Part shown: positions 31,135 through 40,940 of the stretch, one piece after another
Position numbering within the stretch: position 1 is the first letter of the stretch
How the letters are laid out: every line of letters starts with the position of its first letter
Source: Bacteroidota bacterium
GTDB taxonomy: Bacteria > Bacteroidota > Bacteroidia > CAILMK01 > JACPUW01
Direction: 5' to 3'
DNA: 64,000 nucleotides
Assembly: GCA_016192035.1 (NCBI GenBank)
Contig: JACPUW010000030.1
Span: 6,322-70,321, forward strand
Position numbers and translations under genes: made by a program
Notes under the pieces: model-generated
Databases searched by the model: none
What the model saw: the letters and a program-made list of their open reading frames with translations, nothing else
What the model was told of the DNA's origin: nothing

Positions 31135-34100
31135 TTAGAAAGTGAGCCTTACGCCTAAGCCCCAGCTCTTGGTGTTTGGCATGTTAAAGTAGTCCATGCC
31201 CTGCTCGTTGCGCGAACCGGCCAAACTGGTTTCAGGGTCTATGCCGCTGTAATCAGTTTTTAGCCACAGGTTCCTGCCCGACACCGAAATCTGGCAAGCG
31301 GTAAAAGGAGTCTTGTCAAGCAGGGAGGCATCTAGGGTATAGGAGAGTGAGAGTTCGCGCAGGCGCACCCAACTCATGCTTTCCACAAAATCCTCGGTGT
31401 TGTCGCCAAAGAAACCGTTGCCGTTGCCAAAGGCCAACCAAGCCTGTCCCAGAAGGACTTCTTTGTCGTTTTTGTCACCGGTTACCGGCACGCCGTTCTC
31501 GTCCATGATCATGTTGCCGTCGTCGTCATAGGTAGCAAATTTGCCTTCAAACACCTTGGTACTGCCCCGTACCTCTGTATCGGCATGGGTGCCAAAGTAG
31601 TAGAGTGCGCCTTTGGTGCCGTTCCACATCACGCCTCCCTGGCGAATGTCTAACAGGCCGCTAAGCCTAAATCCTTTGTAGCTAAAGGTATTGCTTATGC
31701 CCATCAACCAATCGGGCTGGGCTGAGCCAAAGCTGCGCTCATTGGGGTCAATGATGGGGTAGCCATCTTCGCCTATCACCGTATTGCCGTCTTTGTCCTT
31801 GTAGAAGCCCAGGCCATAGATGGAGCCATAAGCCGATCCGGCCTGTGCGCGGATATTGGCACCGGTGAAGCCGCCCAAGAACACGTTGTCAACCCCTGGA
31901 GCCAGCTCTACTACTTCATTGCGGTTGCGGGTATAGTTTAGGTTTATGTCCCACCTAAACCCGTTGTCGGCTTGTTTGATAGGTGTGAGATAGGCCATTA
32001 CTTCAATCCCCTTGTTGGTCATGGTTCCCGCGTTCATCACTGCTTGAACGGCGCCTGAAGTAGCGGCTACCGGTACAGGGAATATCAGGTCAATGGATTT
32101 GGAGCTGTAATAGGCTATGTCCAGTCCAAATTTGTCGTCAAGGAACTTGAACTCAGCGCCAATTTCAAATTGGTTGTTGCGCTCTGGCCTTAGCTCTGCC
32201 CCGCCCAGTACATCGGCAAAATTGAATCCTGGAACCCCTGAATATGGGAAGGATACACCATTGGTCCATCCATCGGCATAGGTTGACAGGGTATAGTAGT
32301 TGTCGGTGGCATACACAAATGGAGAACCCAAGCCTACCTGCGCAAAAGAAGCGCGGATCTTGCCGTAGGGCAGGACATTGCCAAAGTCAGCCAATTCGGT
32401 AAATACGATGCCCAAGTTGGCCGAGGGGAAGAAGAAGGAGTTGCCACCTGCCGGGAGGGATGACGACCATTCGTTCCTACCGGTTAGGGTAAGGTATATG
32501 GTGCGCCTAAAGTCCATGGAAAGGGATGCATACACCGCCTCGTCGCGGGTACGGGTCACACTCTCGCGGGTGAAGGTGGAAGAGGCATTGGACATGTGGT
32601 AAAACCCTGGAATGGTGAGTCCGTTGCCTTCGGCATACACTTGCTGTAAGTAGCTGCTCCTGCGGTTGTGGCCTACCAATCCGTTAATGTTCATATTGGC
32701 ATTTAAATCCTTGTTGAAAGACAGGATCAAATCTTCATTGAACATGCTGGAGTAGTACTGATTCTCCATTACCCGGCCTACCCGGCCCGAAACGGTGTTG
32801 GAACCAATGGCGAAGTATTGTTTCCTTCTGTCGCTATAGAAGTCAATACCTGGCCGATAGGTGAACTGGAAAATGTCGTTTAACTTGTAATTCACTTCTA
32901 TGTTGCCAATCATCCGGTTCACATCATCTGTTAGCGGGTTGTTCATGGCTGTCCATAGGGGGTTGTCGTAGCCGCCGCCGCCCCTAAAGTTGCGCTGGCT
33001 GCCATCGGCAAATTGATAGGCGGTTTCGTTCCAATCTGAGCCCATGCCATTGGCATTGTCAAATGAGGGCGGGGTGCGCAGCAATCCCAACATCACGCCC
33101 GACGTGTTGGAGCCTTGCTCGATCCTGGTGCCTTTGGTGTTCACATATTTCATCGATGACCGAACCGATAGTTTGTCGCTCACCTTTAGGCCGCTGTTCA
33201 CGCTGATATTGGTTTTGTTCAGCTCGTTGTTGGGCACTATGCCTTGCTCATAGTCGTTGCCTATCGAGAAATAAATATCGGCCTTATCATTGGCGCCCGA
33301 CACGCTTACGGTATTGTAATACCTGGTGCCCCGCCTAAAGAACGAATTGACGTTGTCATATGGCTCGGCCTCGGTAAGCTGGTTTACGTTTGAATCCAAT
33401 CCGTTACCAGATTTGGGCATGTAGTAGTCGCCGTTTACGTCCCACTTATATTCTTCATCGCCATTGTAATACAATGAGTCGTAGGTGGTACCCCAACTCC
33501 AGGGGAATCCTGTGGAAGGGCCGTAGTAAACACCTCCAATTCCCTGGGTGTATTTGTTTTGCAAGGGCACCATTTTGTTGTACTTGCTAAAGTCAACACC
33601 GCCTGAATAGCTGATGTTGAGTCCCTTATTGCCAATACCTGTCTTACCTTTTTTGGTGGTAATGATGATGGCGCCATTGCCGGCTTGCGAGCCGTACAAG
33701 GCGGTGGCAGCCGCCCCCTTCAAGATTTGGATTGACTCAATGTCTTCTTGAGGAATGTCTATGGCCCTGTTTGAGTTGGCCACACTGTTTAGGTAGTTGT
33801 TGCGCCCATTGTCGGGGTTACCGTTGCTGAGCTGCGAGTTGTCGATAGGCACACCATCCACAATAAACAGTGGTTGGTTGTCGCCCCGGATCGTGTTTGC
33901 TCCCCTGATCTGGATGTAAGAAGCACCACCGGCCATGCCGGATGACTTGATGACATTGGCCCCGGCCACCTTACCGGCCAGTGCTGTCACCACGTTTTGC
34001 TCCTTGGCATCGAGCAATTGGCTACCGCCCACACTCTGAACGGAATAACCAAGAGCTCTTTTCTCCTTGGGGATCCCAATGGCCGTAATTACCATTTCAT

Positions 34101-34407
34101 CCAGCTTTACATCGCCGGACTCCATGACAATGTCGATGACAGTACGCCCCATGATCCTTACGGTCTGGGAGACGTAACCGACATAAGACACCAAAAGGGT
34201 GTCTTTGCCCCTGGGCACGTTTACTAAATATTTTCCTTCGGCATCAGAAAAGGCTCCAGAAGTAGTGCCTTTTACCAGCAGGGCCGCACCTACCAGTGCA
34301 TTACCGTTCTCGTCGGTAATGGTTCCTGTCACGGTGGACTGAGCATTTGCAGTGAATGTCACCACAATAGCAGTCACGACAGTAAGTAAGAATGACTTTA
34401 CACTCAT
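31135..34407 (-). CDS. SusC/RagA TonB-linked outer membrane transporter
   Basis: LDEMVITAIG, QPLFIVDGVP, LKGAAATALYGSQAGNGAIIITTKKG, C-terminal F. Confidence 0.95.
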   Translation of the reverse strand: MSVKSFLLTVVTAIVVTFTANAQSTVTGTITDENGNALVGAALLVKGTTSGAFSDAEGKYLVNVPRGKDTLLVSYVGYVSQTVRIMGRTVIDIVMESGDVKLDEMVITAIGIPKEKRALGYSVQSVGGSQLLDAKEQNVVTALAGKVAGANVIKSSGMAGGASYIQIRGANTIRGDNQPLFIVDGVPIDNSQLSNGNPDNGRNNYLNSVANSNRAIDIPQEDIESIQILKGAAATALYGSQAGNGAIIITTKKGKTGIGNKGLNISYSGGVDFSKYNKMVPLQNKYTQGIGGVYYGPSTGFPWSWGTTYDSLYYNGDEEYKWDVNGDYYMPKSGNGLDSNVNQLTEAEPYDNVNSFFRRGTRYYNTVSVSGANDKADIYFSIGNDYEQGIVPNNELNKTNISVNSGLKVSDKLSVRSSMKYVNTKGTRIEQGSNTSGVMLGLLRTPPSFDNANGMGSDWNETAYQFADGSQRNFRGGGGYDNPLWTAMNNPLTDDVNRMIGNIEVNYKLNDIFQFTYRPGIDFYSDRRKQYFAIGSNTVSGRVGRVMENQYYSSMFNEDLILSFNKDLNANMNINGLVGHNRRSSYLQQVYAEGNGLTIPGFYHMSNASSTFTRESVTRTRDEAVYASLSMDFRRTIYLTLTGRNEWSSSLPAGGNSFFFPSANLGIVFTELADFGNVLPYGKIRASFAQVGLGSPFVYATDNYYTLSTYADGWTNGVSFPYSGVPGFNFADVLGGAELRPERNNQFEIGAEFKFLDDKFGLDIAYYSSKSIDLIFPVPVAATSGAVQAVMNAGTMTNKGIEVMAYLTPIKQADNGFRWDINLNYTRNRNEVVELAPGVDNVFLGGFTGANIRAQAGSAYGSIYGLGFYKDKDGNTVIGEDGYPIIDPNERSFGSAQPDWLMGISNTFSYKGFRLSGLLDIRQGGVMWNGTKGALYYFGTHADTEVRGSTKVFEGKFATYDDDGNMIMDENGVPVTGDKNDKEVLLGQAWLAFGNGNGFFGDNTEDFVESMSWVRLRELSLSYTLDASLLDKTPFTACQISVSGRNLWLKTDYSGIDPETSLAGSRNEQGMDYFNMPNTKSWGLGVRLTF

Positions 34408-34592
34408 AACCTGTTGTGAGTTAATGACTATTAAAAACCGTTAAGCGGTGACAATGATAAGGAAAAGTTTGAATTGGGTTACCTTATGATGAACTTTTCC
34501 TCAATTTTTTTTTTGAGTAAAAGGATAAACCGGCAGCAAGGGTATTTACTTTCAAGGAAATACCAATTTTGAAATTGAATAAAAAATTGCCC

Positions 34593-35249
34593 CTACCCGT
34601 AATTCTTGCCCGTTTTTACCCAGATCTGATTGCGCCCCAGCTTTAGGTTGCCCTGTTGTTCCAACTTCTTAAGTAGCCTTGAAACCACCTCTCGGGATGT
34701 GTTTAGTTCTATGGCTATATCCTGATGAGAAACCTTGACCACTGGGTCGCCCGTAGCTTGGACCGTTCTTTCCAAGTAGCTGAGGAGCCGTTCGTCAAGT
34801 TGGTGGAATGCTATGCCGTCTATGGTCTTGAGCAACTCTTCAAATCGAAGACGATAGGTTTCAAGAACATGGTAGTACCATACCTTATGCTTGGACATCC
34901 AAGCATCCATGCAATGAATAGGGACCAAGAAACAAGTGCTGGGTGCCATGGCTATGGCTTTCACTTCACTCATTTTGTCCCTACTTGCGCATACCAGCGA
35001 CATGGCGCAGGTTTGACCTGGCTCTATGTAGTAGAGAAATAGCTCGCCGTGAACTTCTTCCCTAAATACCTTGATTAGGCCTTCAATGAGCATGGGGACC
35101 CCACGTATATAGCCACCAGGTTCCATGAGTGGTTCCCCTTCGTCCACATGTACCAGCCTGGCCTCTTCGACAAAATCCTTAACAAAGGCAGGCGTATGGA
35201 GGGAAGGAAAATGGCTGCGTAGCAGGTCTTCTATTTGTGTCTTCTCCAT
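34593..35249 (-). CDS. Crp/Fnr family regulator
   Basis: PGQTCAMSLVC, HTH HQDIAIELNTSREVVSRLLK. Confidence 0.92.
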   Translation of the reverse strand: MEKTQIEDLLRSHFPSLHTPAFVKDFVEEARLVHVDEGEPLMEPGGYIRGVPMLIEGLIKVFREEVHGELFLYYIEPGQTCAMSLVCASRDKMSEVKAIAMAPSTCFLVPIHCMDAWMSKHKVWYYHVLETYRLRFEELLKTIDGIAFHQLDERLLSYLERTVQATGDPVVKVSHQDIAIELNTSREVVSRLLKKLEQQGNLKLGRNQIWVKTGKNYG

Positions 35250-35333
35250 GTATAAGGCATGTTGGGGTGGTGTACAAACTTAATTTGACATAGACTAAGG
35301 GCCATTTCCTTTGCTCATATAAGTTACAGAAGC

Positions 35334-35972
35334 ATGAATTTGGAAGAACAGCGACGGGTTCGTACACAAGACTTTGTAAGGGGGCTATGCTTAGATGAGC
35401 CCACTGGACATGATTGGTGGCATATAGACCGGGTTAGGATATTGGCCTTGCGCATTGGCCAACAGGAAGGGGCTGATCTTCATCTCACCGAGATGGCGGC
35501 ATTGCTACATGATGTGGATGACCATAAGTTTAACCCGCTGGGCAGCAATAAGGCCAAGACTTGGTTGTCAACAGTGGAAGAGCCTAATATTGAGCAAATT
35601 ATTGCTATCATTGAATCCATATCGTTCAAAGGTGCAGGGGTGACCGATATGCCTATGGGCATAGAGGGCTGTTGTGTGCAAGATGCCGATAGGTTAGATG
35701 CCATGGGCGCTATAGGCATAGCAAGGGCTTTTGCATATGGTGGTCATATGGGCAGGTTGCTGTTTGACCCAAGCCGTGGCCCTGAACTACACCGTGATTT
35801 CCAGGCGTATAAGTCTTCTCAGGGGCATACCATAAATCATTTCCATGAAAAACTCCTGTTGCTCAAAGACCGAATGCACACATCCATGGGCAAGCAAATG
35901 GCCATAAAGCGGCACCAATTCATGGTGGACTTCCTAGATGAATTTATGGACGAGTGGGGGGCAAAACAATAG
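35334..35972 (+). CDS. HD-domain phosphohydrolase (YedJ-like)
   Basis: GHDWWHIDRV, ALLHDVDD, QDADRLDAMGAIGIAR, TINHFHEKLL. Confidence 0.92.
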   Translation: MNLEEQRRVRTQDFVRGLCLDEPTGHDWWHIDRVRILALRIGQQEGADLHLTEMAALLHDVDDHKFNPLGSNKAKTWLSTVEEPNIEQIIAIIESISFKGAGVTDMPMGIEGCCVQDADRLDAMGAIGIARAFAYGGHMGRLLFDPSRGPELHRDFQAYKSSQGHTINHFHEKLLLLKDRMHTSMGKQMAIKRHQFMVDFLDEFMDEWGAKQ

Positions 35973-36039
35973 AAGTGACAGGTGTAACTTATGGGTGGGC
36001 CATTCGTATTTTTGGCTCCATATTAAAGTCAAATACACA

Positions 36040-36558
36040 ATGGACTCATTTCTATTTTCTAAATTGTTTTGGGGACTGGTTATCATTTTAGTGGGCATTT
36101 CCTTCATAGCCCAGGGGGTATTTAGGATCAACTTCCCGGTGGGAAAGGTAGTAATTGCCTTAATCTTGATTTATTTGGGTGTCCGCATGTTGCTTGGCGG
36201 GTTTGGCATGAAACAAAACACCACGGTTTTTAGCGACACCAGCATCACGGTGGACCAACTGGCCGACTCAAAGTACGACGTGGTGTTTGGCAGCCAAAAG
36301 ATAGACCTTAGCCAGGCGGTCCGCGACGGGGAGAGCCATACCGTGGAAGTGAACGTGGTGTTTGGCGAGGCTAAAATCACCATACCCACCAATATGCAGG
36401 TTAAGGTAAAGTCGAGCAGTGTGTTTGGCTCGGTGCGCACCCCGCACAACAGCACATCTTTTGGCCAGGATGAGTACGCTATTGGCGGCACTCCAGGGGC
36501 CGGGGCCTTGCTGCTTAAGGTAAATGCCGTATTTGGCAGTGCGCTGGTCATGGAATAA
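36040..36558 (+). CDS. LiaF-like membrane protein (DUF2154-type C-terminus)
   Basis: N-terminal TMs, repeated VVFG motifs; TATTTTTG -7 element at 36007. Confidence 0.75.
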   Translation: MDSFLFSKLFWGLVIILVGISFIAQGVFRINFPVGKVVIALILIYLGVRMLLGGFGMKQNTTVFSDTSITVDQLADSKYDVVFGSQKIDLSQAVRDGESHTVEVNVVFGEAKITIPTNMQVKVKSSSVFGSVRTPHNSTSFGQDEYAIGGTPGAGALLLKVNAVFGSALVME

Positions 36559-36594
36559 GGGGCTAGGCCAGGGGGCAATTTTCGCTGATCATAG

Positions 36595-36608
36595 GTGACT
36601 CAAGTTAC
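36595..36608 (+). promoter_or_regulatory. Candidate Crp/Fnr operator upstream of rhodanese gene
   Basis: GTGAC-TCAA-GTTAC near-palindrome about 25 nt upstream of CATTTTTG (-7-like). Confidence 0.45.
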
Positions 36609-36652
36609 GCAACATCCGCTTGCCGGGGCGGCATTTTTGCGCAAAAAAAACC

Positions 36653-36973
36653 ATGTCTTTCTTTGGCCTTTTCAACAAATCAAACAATAGCAACGACATA
36701 ATGGGCATGCTTGAAGAGGGTGCCGTGATCCTTGACGTGCGCAGCCCTGGGGAATATGCATCAGGACACATACCCGGCTCGCGCAACATTCCGCTCAATC
36801 AATTGCCCAACAGGATATCTGAGGTGAAAAATTGGGGAAAACCCGTGGTGACCTGTTGCCTTTCGGGAAGTAGGAGTGCTGCGGCGGTATCCATGCTGGC
36901 ATCCCAGGGCATACAGTGTGTGAATGGCGGGTCTTGGTACGGAATAAAACCAAAAGGAAGCCCAACGAAATAG
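36653..36973 (+). CDS. Single-domain rhodanese
   Basis: ILDVRSPGEYASGHIPGS, CCLSGSRS. Confidence 0.92.
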   Translation: MSFFGLFNKSNNSNDIMGMLEEGAVILDVRSPGEYASGHIPGSRNIPLNQLPNRISEVKNWGKPVVTCCLSGSRSAAAVSMLASQGIQCVNGGSWYGIKPKGSPTK

Positions 36974-37060
36974 GTTGTTTGGTGTATGCCCGGGTTGTAG
37001 GTCATTCAATACCTTAGCCTGGGCATTTTTTTTCTGGCCTTTTTTTAATGTGCTAACAAA

Positions 37061-37657
37061 ATGAAACTTACAGTGCTACTCATTTTAATTGCGGTATTGT
37101 TATTAGGTTATTCTTGCCAATCGCCTTCAGGCAATAAGCCATTGGAAAGTGCTGAACAGGAGTTGCTTGCCAAAATCGGTGATTCCATAATTGGCCGTGC
37201 GTCGGGGCGTTTGATGAAAGCTGTTTCAAGTGCCATAGACTCTGCGGGTCATGAAGGTGCTGTGTATTACTGTGCAGGCCATGCAGCGGGGCTCACCCAA
37301 CTGGGATTGGCACCTGGTTGGCAACTGGGGCGTATATCGCTTAGGAACAGAAATCCGGGAAATAAAGCGGGTAATGCCGATGCCCACATTCTAAAGGATA
37401 TGGCCAAACAAGGCGGTGCCAAGACAGCGGTACACCGGGTGGTGCAAGATACGGTTCATTACTACAAGCCCATAGTGCTTGCCGCAGCTTGTTTGGCTTG
37501 CCACGGCAATCCTGATCAAGTAGCCCCCAAAGTGGCCGCCGCTATTAAGGAAAGGTATCCCCACGACCAAGCCTTGGGCTATAAGGAAGGCGACATGCGG
37601 GGGGCTTGGAAACTGAGCGTCCTTAGGGAAACACTGGTTAATCTACATAGTAAATAA
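37061..37657 (+). CDS. DUF3365-type monoheme cytochrome c lipoprotein
   Basis: GYSC lipobox, RNRNPGN, CLACH, YPHDQALGYKEGDMRGAW. Confidence 0.88.
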   Translation: MKLTVLLILIAVLLLGYSCQSPSGNKPLESAEQELLAKIGDSIIGRASGRLMKAVSSAIDSAGHEGAVYYCAGHAAGLTQLGLAPGWQLGRISLRNRNPGNKAGNADAHILKDMAKQGGAKTAVHRVVQDTVHYYKPIVLAAACLACHGNPDQVAPKVAAAIKERYPHDQALGYKEGDMRGAWKLSVLRETLVNLHSK

Positions 37658-38021
37658 CCTCAACAGTAGAGTTGGCGGGTTCCAATTGAAACACCCGCCG
37701 GTGCCTAAACCATCTCAAGACGTTCTCATCGCCGTTAAAAAAGGTTGCATTGCCAAAGTCGTCTATGCGCACCTCGGTAATGACATACTCTTGAATACCG
37801 CTTTTTTCGGTTATCCGTATCAGGCTGTCCGACATGAAAATCTCCATTTTATCGCCGGCAAAGGATTCAGCCCCGATTTTCTTTCCATTCTCCCAGGTAA
37901 TTACTTCTTTGATATAGCTTTCTACCGTGGCGGGCTTTCCAAAATTATACCGCTTCACCGTTTGCGCGTGCAAAAACGCTGAGGATAAAAGCATAAAAAG
38001 TAGGCAGGCTTTAGTTCGCAT
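37638..38021 (-). CDS. Hypothetical secreted protein
   Basis: Signal peptide ending LHA; 127 aa. Confidence 0.6.
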   Translation of the reverse strand: MRTKACLLFMLLSSAFLHAQTVKRYNFGKPATVESYIKEVITWENGKKIGAESFAGDKMEIFMSDSLIRITEKSGIQEYVITEVRIDDFGNATFFNGDENVLRWFRHRRVFQLEPANSTVEVIYYVD

Positions 38022-38259
38022 GACAATGGCTAGTGTTCAATATTGAAAGGGGGTAACGAAAAAAGTCCCGGCGAAGTTGGGCACACAAAAACAAAAGCGG
38101 CCTTTTTGGGGCCGCCTTCTGCCGGTGTTGTCCGCGCTATCCTGTGTGTTGGCGGCGCAATATTGGGTGTCCAATCTCCTAAAAATCTCACCCTATCGGG
38201 TGATTGAAAACCTGGTGCCATGTTTCCGAAACCATTGAAATTGGCTATTAAATAAGTGA

Positions 38260-38988
38260 TTATAGGGAGAAAAGATCCTTGAAACGGGCAGCTTGCCTGC
38301 GGGAAAATTCCACTTTATCCCCTCCGCGCAGGGTAATCATAAGGCCGCCTGAAAACCAAGGCTTCACTTCTTCTACCCAAGCCAGGTTTACGATGTGCTG
38401 CCTACTGGCCCTAAAAAACGCGCTTTCGTCCAAACGATCTCCCAGCGCGTTGAGTGACTTGTGAATCAGTGGTCTTTTTTCGCCAAAGAGTACCCTCACA
38501 TAATTGCCCACCGATTCAAATAGCCGCACATCGGCCAGTGTAACGAGCCAACAATTGTCGCCGTCTTTCACAAAAACACGGTCGCCTTGGTTCAATTTGA
38601 TGTCTTTGGCCTCGGCTTGGGCTGACCGTCGCGATTCTATGGATTCTATGGCTTTGTCAACCGCAGTTTTAAGCCGCTCGCGCTCTATGGGTTTCAAAAG
38701 GTAGTCTAGCGCGTTTACTTCAAATGCCTTGATGGCATATTCGTCATATGCCGTGGCAAAAATCACGTGCGGCACGTCTATGAGGTCTTCCAGCATATCA
38801 AAACCTGTTTTTTCGGGCATTTGAATATCCAGAAAAACCAAGTCAGGCTTGTGCAGTTCTATTTTTTCCAAGGCCTCACTGGCATTGGCCGCCTCGTCCA
38901 CCACGGCAATTTTCTTAAACTCGGCCAATAGGCCTTTCATTTCCTCGCGGGCCAGCCGCTCATCGTCCACTATTAGGGTTCGTATCAT
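38260..38988 (-). CDS. LytTR family response regulator
   Basis: IVDDERLAR, FLDIQMP, DYLLKP, FFRASRQHIVN. Confidence 0.94.
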   Translation of the reverse strand: MIRTLIVDDERLAREEMKGLLAEFKKIAVVDEAANASEALEKIELHKPDLVFLDIQMPEKTGFDMLEDLIDVPHVIFATAYDEYAIKAFEVNALDYLLKPIERERLKTAVDKAIESIESRRSAQAEAKDIKLNQGDRVFVKDGDNCWLVTLADVRLFESVGNYVRVLFGEKRPLIHKSLNALGDRLDESAFFRASRQHIVNLAWVEEVKPWFSGGLMITLRGGDKVEFSRRQAARFKDLFSL

Positions 38989-39000
38989 GATTGTTTGGTT

Positions 39001-40074
39001 TTAGGCGCAATTTGGAATCCGAAGCATGGTAAGTACGCTTTCATCCGATTCGGTAAGCTCTATGGTGGCCCCCGATCCATAAAGGAGCTGCAGCCGCTGC
39101 CGGGTATTCACTAGGCCGTAGCCCTCCCTATCGGTAGAAGCCGTTATCTGCCCAGGGTTGCGTATTTCTATTATCGTTATTCCGTTTTGGCAATGGGCCT
39201 TTAGGCTTATGGCCCCTCCCTTGGCCAATTTGGATATGCCGTGTTTGATGCCGTTTTCTACCAGGGTTTGAAGCATAAGGGGCGGTATTTTCAGGGCGTA
39301 AACCGCAGGTTGTATGTCAAAGCTGTAGCTAAGCCGTTCCTCAAACCGGATCTTTTCTAGCTGAAGGTACTCCTCCACAATTTGCATTTCCTCCCTAAAA
39401 CTCACTTCTACCTGTTTGTCAAGTTGCAGTGTTTTTCTAAATATGTTGGCCAGGGCAGTTATGGCCTCGCGGGCCTTGTCGGGGTCCACCGCCACCAACG
39501 CCCGTATGCCGTTTAGCGAGTTAAACACAAAATGTGGGTTCAGCTGCGAACGCAACTTGTTCAAAGTGGCCTCCTTAATCATGGCCTCTTGCCTAAGGGC
39601 AGCCAACTCCGCCTTGCGGTAATTCTGGAAGTACTGTACACTGAAGTAAATCGCAATCCATAGGCTAATCACCAAGGAAGTATTGGTGAGCAAGCGGATA
39701 ACCAAGAGATTGCCCTCAAAATTTCCGGGTTGAATGGTGCCAAGCCACCAAAGAATGCCCAAATAAATGGCTGAAATGGACATGGACATGGTCAACACGG
39801 AGAAAAGGAGGCGTTTGATGAGCTTGGGCACCGGAAGGGATACCCATTGCTGGGCTTTGACAAAGGCCCTATATAGATGTGTGGCCGCCAAGCCAAGCAC
39901 GAAAAATATGGTCAGCGCCACCTGTTCTTCCCAAAGCAAGGCCGTTTGTTCGGGCTCACTGTTTCTCACCAGGTTGACCAACGTGGACACCAACCAATAC
40001 AAAAACCAGCCCCCTATCTGTAAGAGCCAATATACCTGCCGGTTAGGAGACTTTTCCTGATTCACTTGAAGCAA
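39001..40074 (-). CDS. LytS/YehU-type sensor histidine kinase
   Basis: 4 TM, QLNPHFVFNSLN, LQTLVENGIKHG; start may be GTG 40065; TAGCTTTG at 40076-40083. Confidence 0.92.
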   Translation of the reverse strand: MLQVNQEKSPNRQVYWLLQIGGWFLYWLVSTLVNLVRNSEPEQTALLWEEQVALTIFFVLGLAATHLYRAFVKAQQWVSLPVPKLIKRLLFSVLTMSMSISAIYLGILWWLGTIQPGNFEGNLLVIRLLTNTSLVISLWIAIYFSVQYFQNYRKAELAALRQEAMIKEATLNKLRSQLNPHFVFNSLNGIRALVAVDPDKAREAITALANIFRKTLQLDKQVEVSFREEMQIVEEYLQLEKIRFEERLSYSFDIQPAVYALKIPPLMLQTLVENGIKHGISKLAKGGAISLKAHCQNGITIIEIRNPGQITASTDREGYGLVNTRQRLQLLYGSGATIELTESDESVLTMLRIPNCA

Positions 40075-40317
40075 ACAAAGCTAGAAAAGAAAAAGGCCAC
40101 CGACAAGGGCTTAACGGGTCGGTGGCCAGATTAGGAATGTAAAGTCACTGCCCTTGCGGGCAATGGTGTAAAAGTAGATGTGTGACCTAGGTGGTTTCTT
40201 GCCGCCTTACATAAATGGGAGTTATCCCGTTTGTGCGGTTTTGTCGGGCTAGTGGGCCATCAATTTGCCTTTCCCTTATTTTGCACCAATTTCTACACAG
40301 CGGATACTACAGTCCTT

Positions 40318-40854
40318 ATGATTTTATCGGATAGTGCCATCCTTGCTTCCATAGACAAAGGCGATATACTCATTGAGCCCTTTAAACGCGAATGCCTGGG
40401 AACCAATAGCTACGATGTGCATTTGGGAAAGTACTTGGCTACCTATAAGAACCGGGTGCTCGATGCCCGGGCACATAACGAAATTGAGGAAATGGTGATA
40501 CCCGAAGATGGGCTGGTGCTTTCTCCGGGTGTGCTGTACCTAGGGGTAACCGAGGAATACACCGAAACACATGCCCACGTACCTTTCTTGGAAGGAAAGA
40601 GTAGCGTGGGTAGGCTCGGTATTGACATACATGCCACTGCGGGCAAGGGTGATGTGGGCTTCTGCAATACCTGGACCCTGGAAATATCATGTACCCAGCC
40701 CGTGAGGGTGTATGCCGGTATGCCCATAGGACAGCTGATCTACTTTGCAGTGGAAGGGGATATAGACAACCCCTACCACCAAAAGAAGAATGCCAAGTAC
40801 AACGAAAAAACCATGAAACCGGTAGAAAGCATGATGTGGCGGAACAAGTTCTAA
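40318..40854 (+). CDS. dcd: dCTP deaminase
   Basis: MILSD, NSYDVHLG, EGKSSVGRLG, GDVGF...WTLE, IGQL. Confidence 0.95.
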   Translation: MILSDSAILASIDKGDILIEPFKRECLGTNSYDVHLGKYLATYKNRVLDARAHNEIEEMVIPEDGLVLSPGVLYLGVTEEYTETHAHVPFLEGKSSVGRLGIDIHATAGKGDVGFCNTWTLEISCTQPVRVYAGMPIGQLIYFAVEGDIDNPYHQKKNAKYNEKTMKPVESMMWRNKF

Positions 40855-40940
40855 ACACCCATAATCCGGTATTTCAACTATCTAAACATATCCGCATATA
40901 GCTATGTTGCTAGGTGGTAACCATTTTTTTTAGCAATAAA

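Noticed and set aside
35952..35998. LytTR-type direct repeats upstream of the LiaF-like gene
   Set aside because: Only weak RGTGR matches with uneven 20-21 nt spacing.
40095..40128. GGCCACCGAC/GTCGGTGGCC hairpin as a riboswitch or sRNA
   Set aside because: Simple stem in a divergent promoter region with no recognisable RNA family motif.
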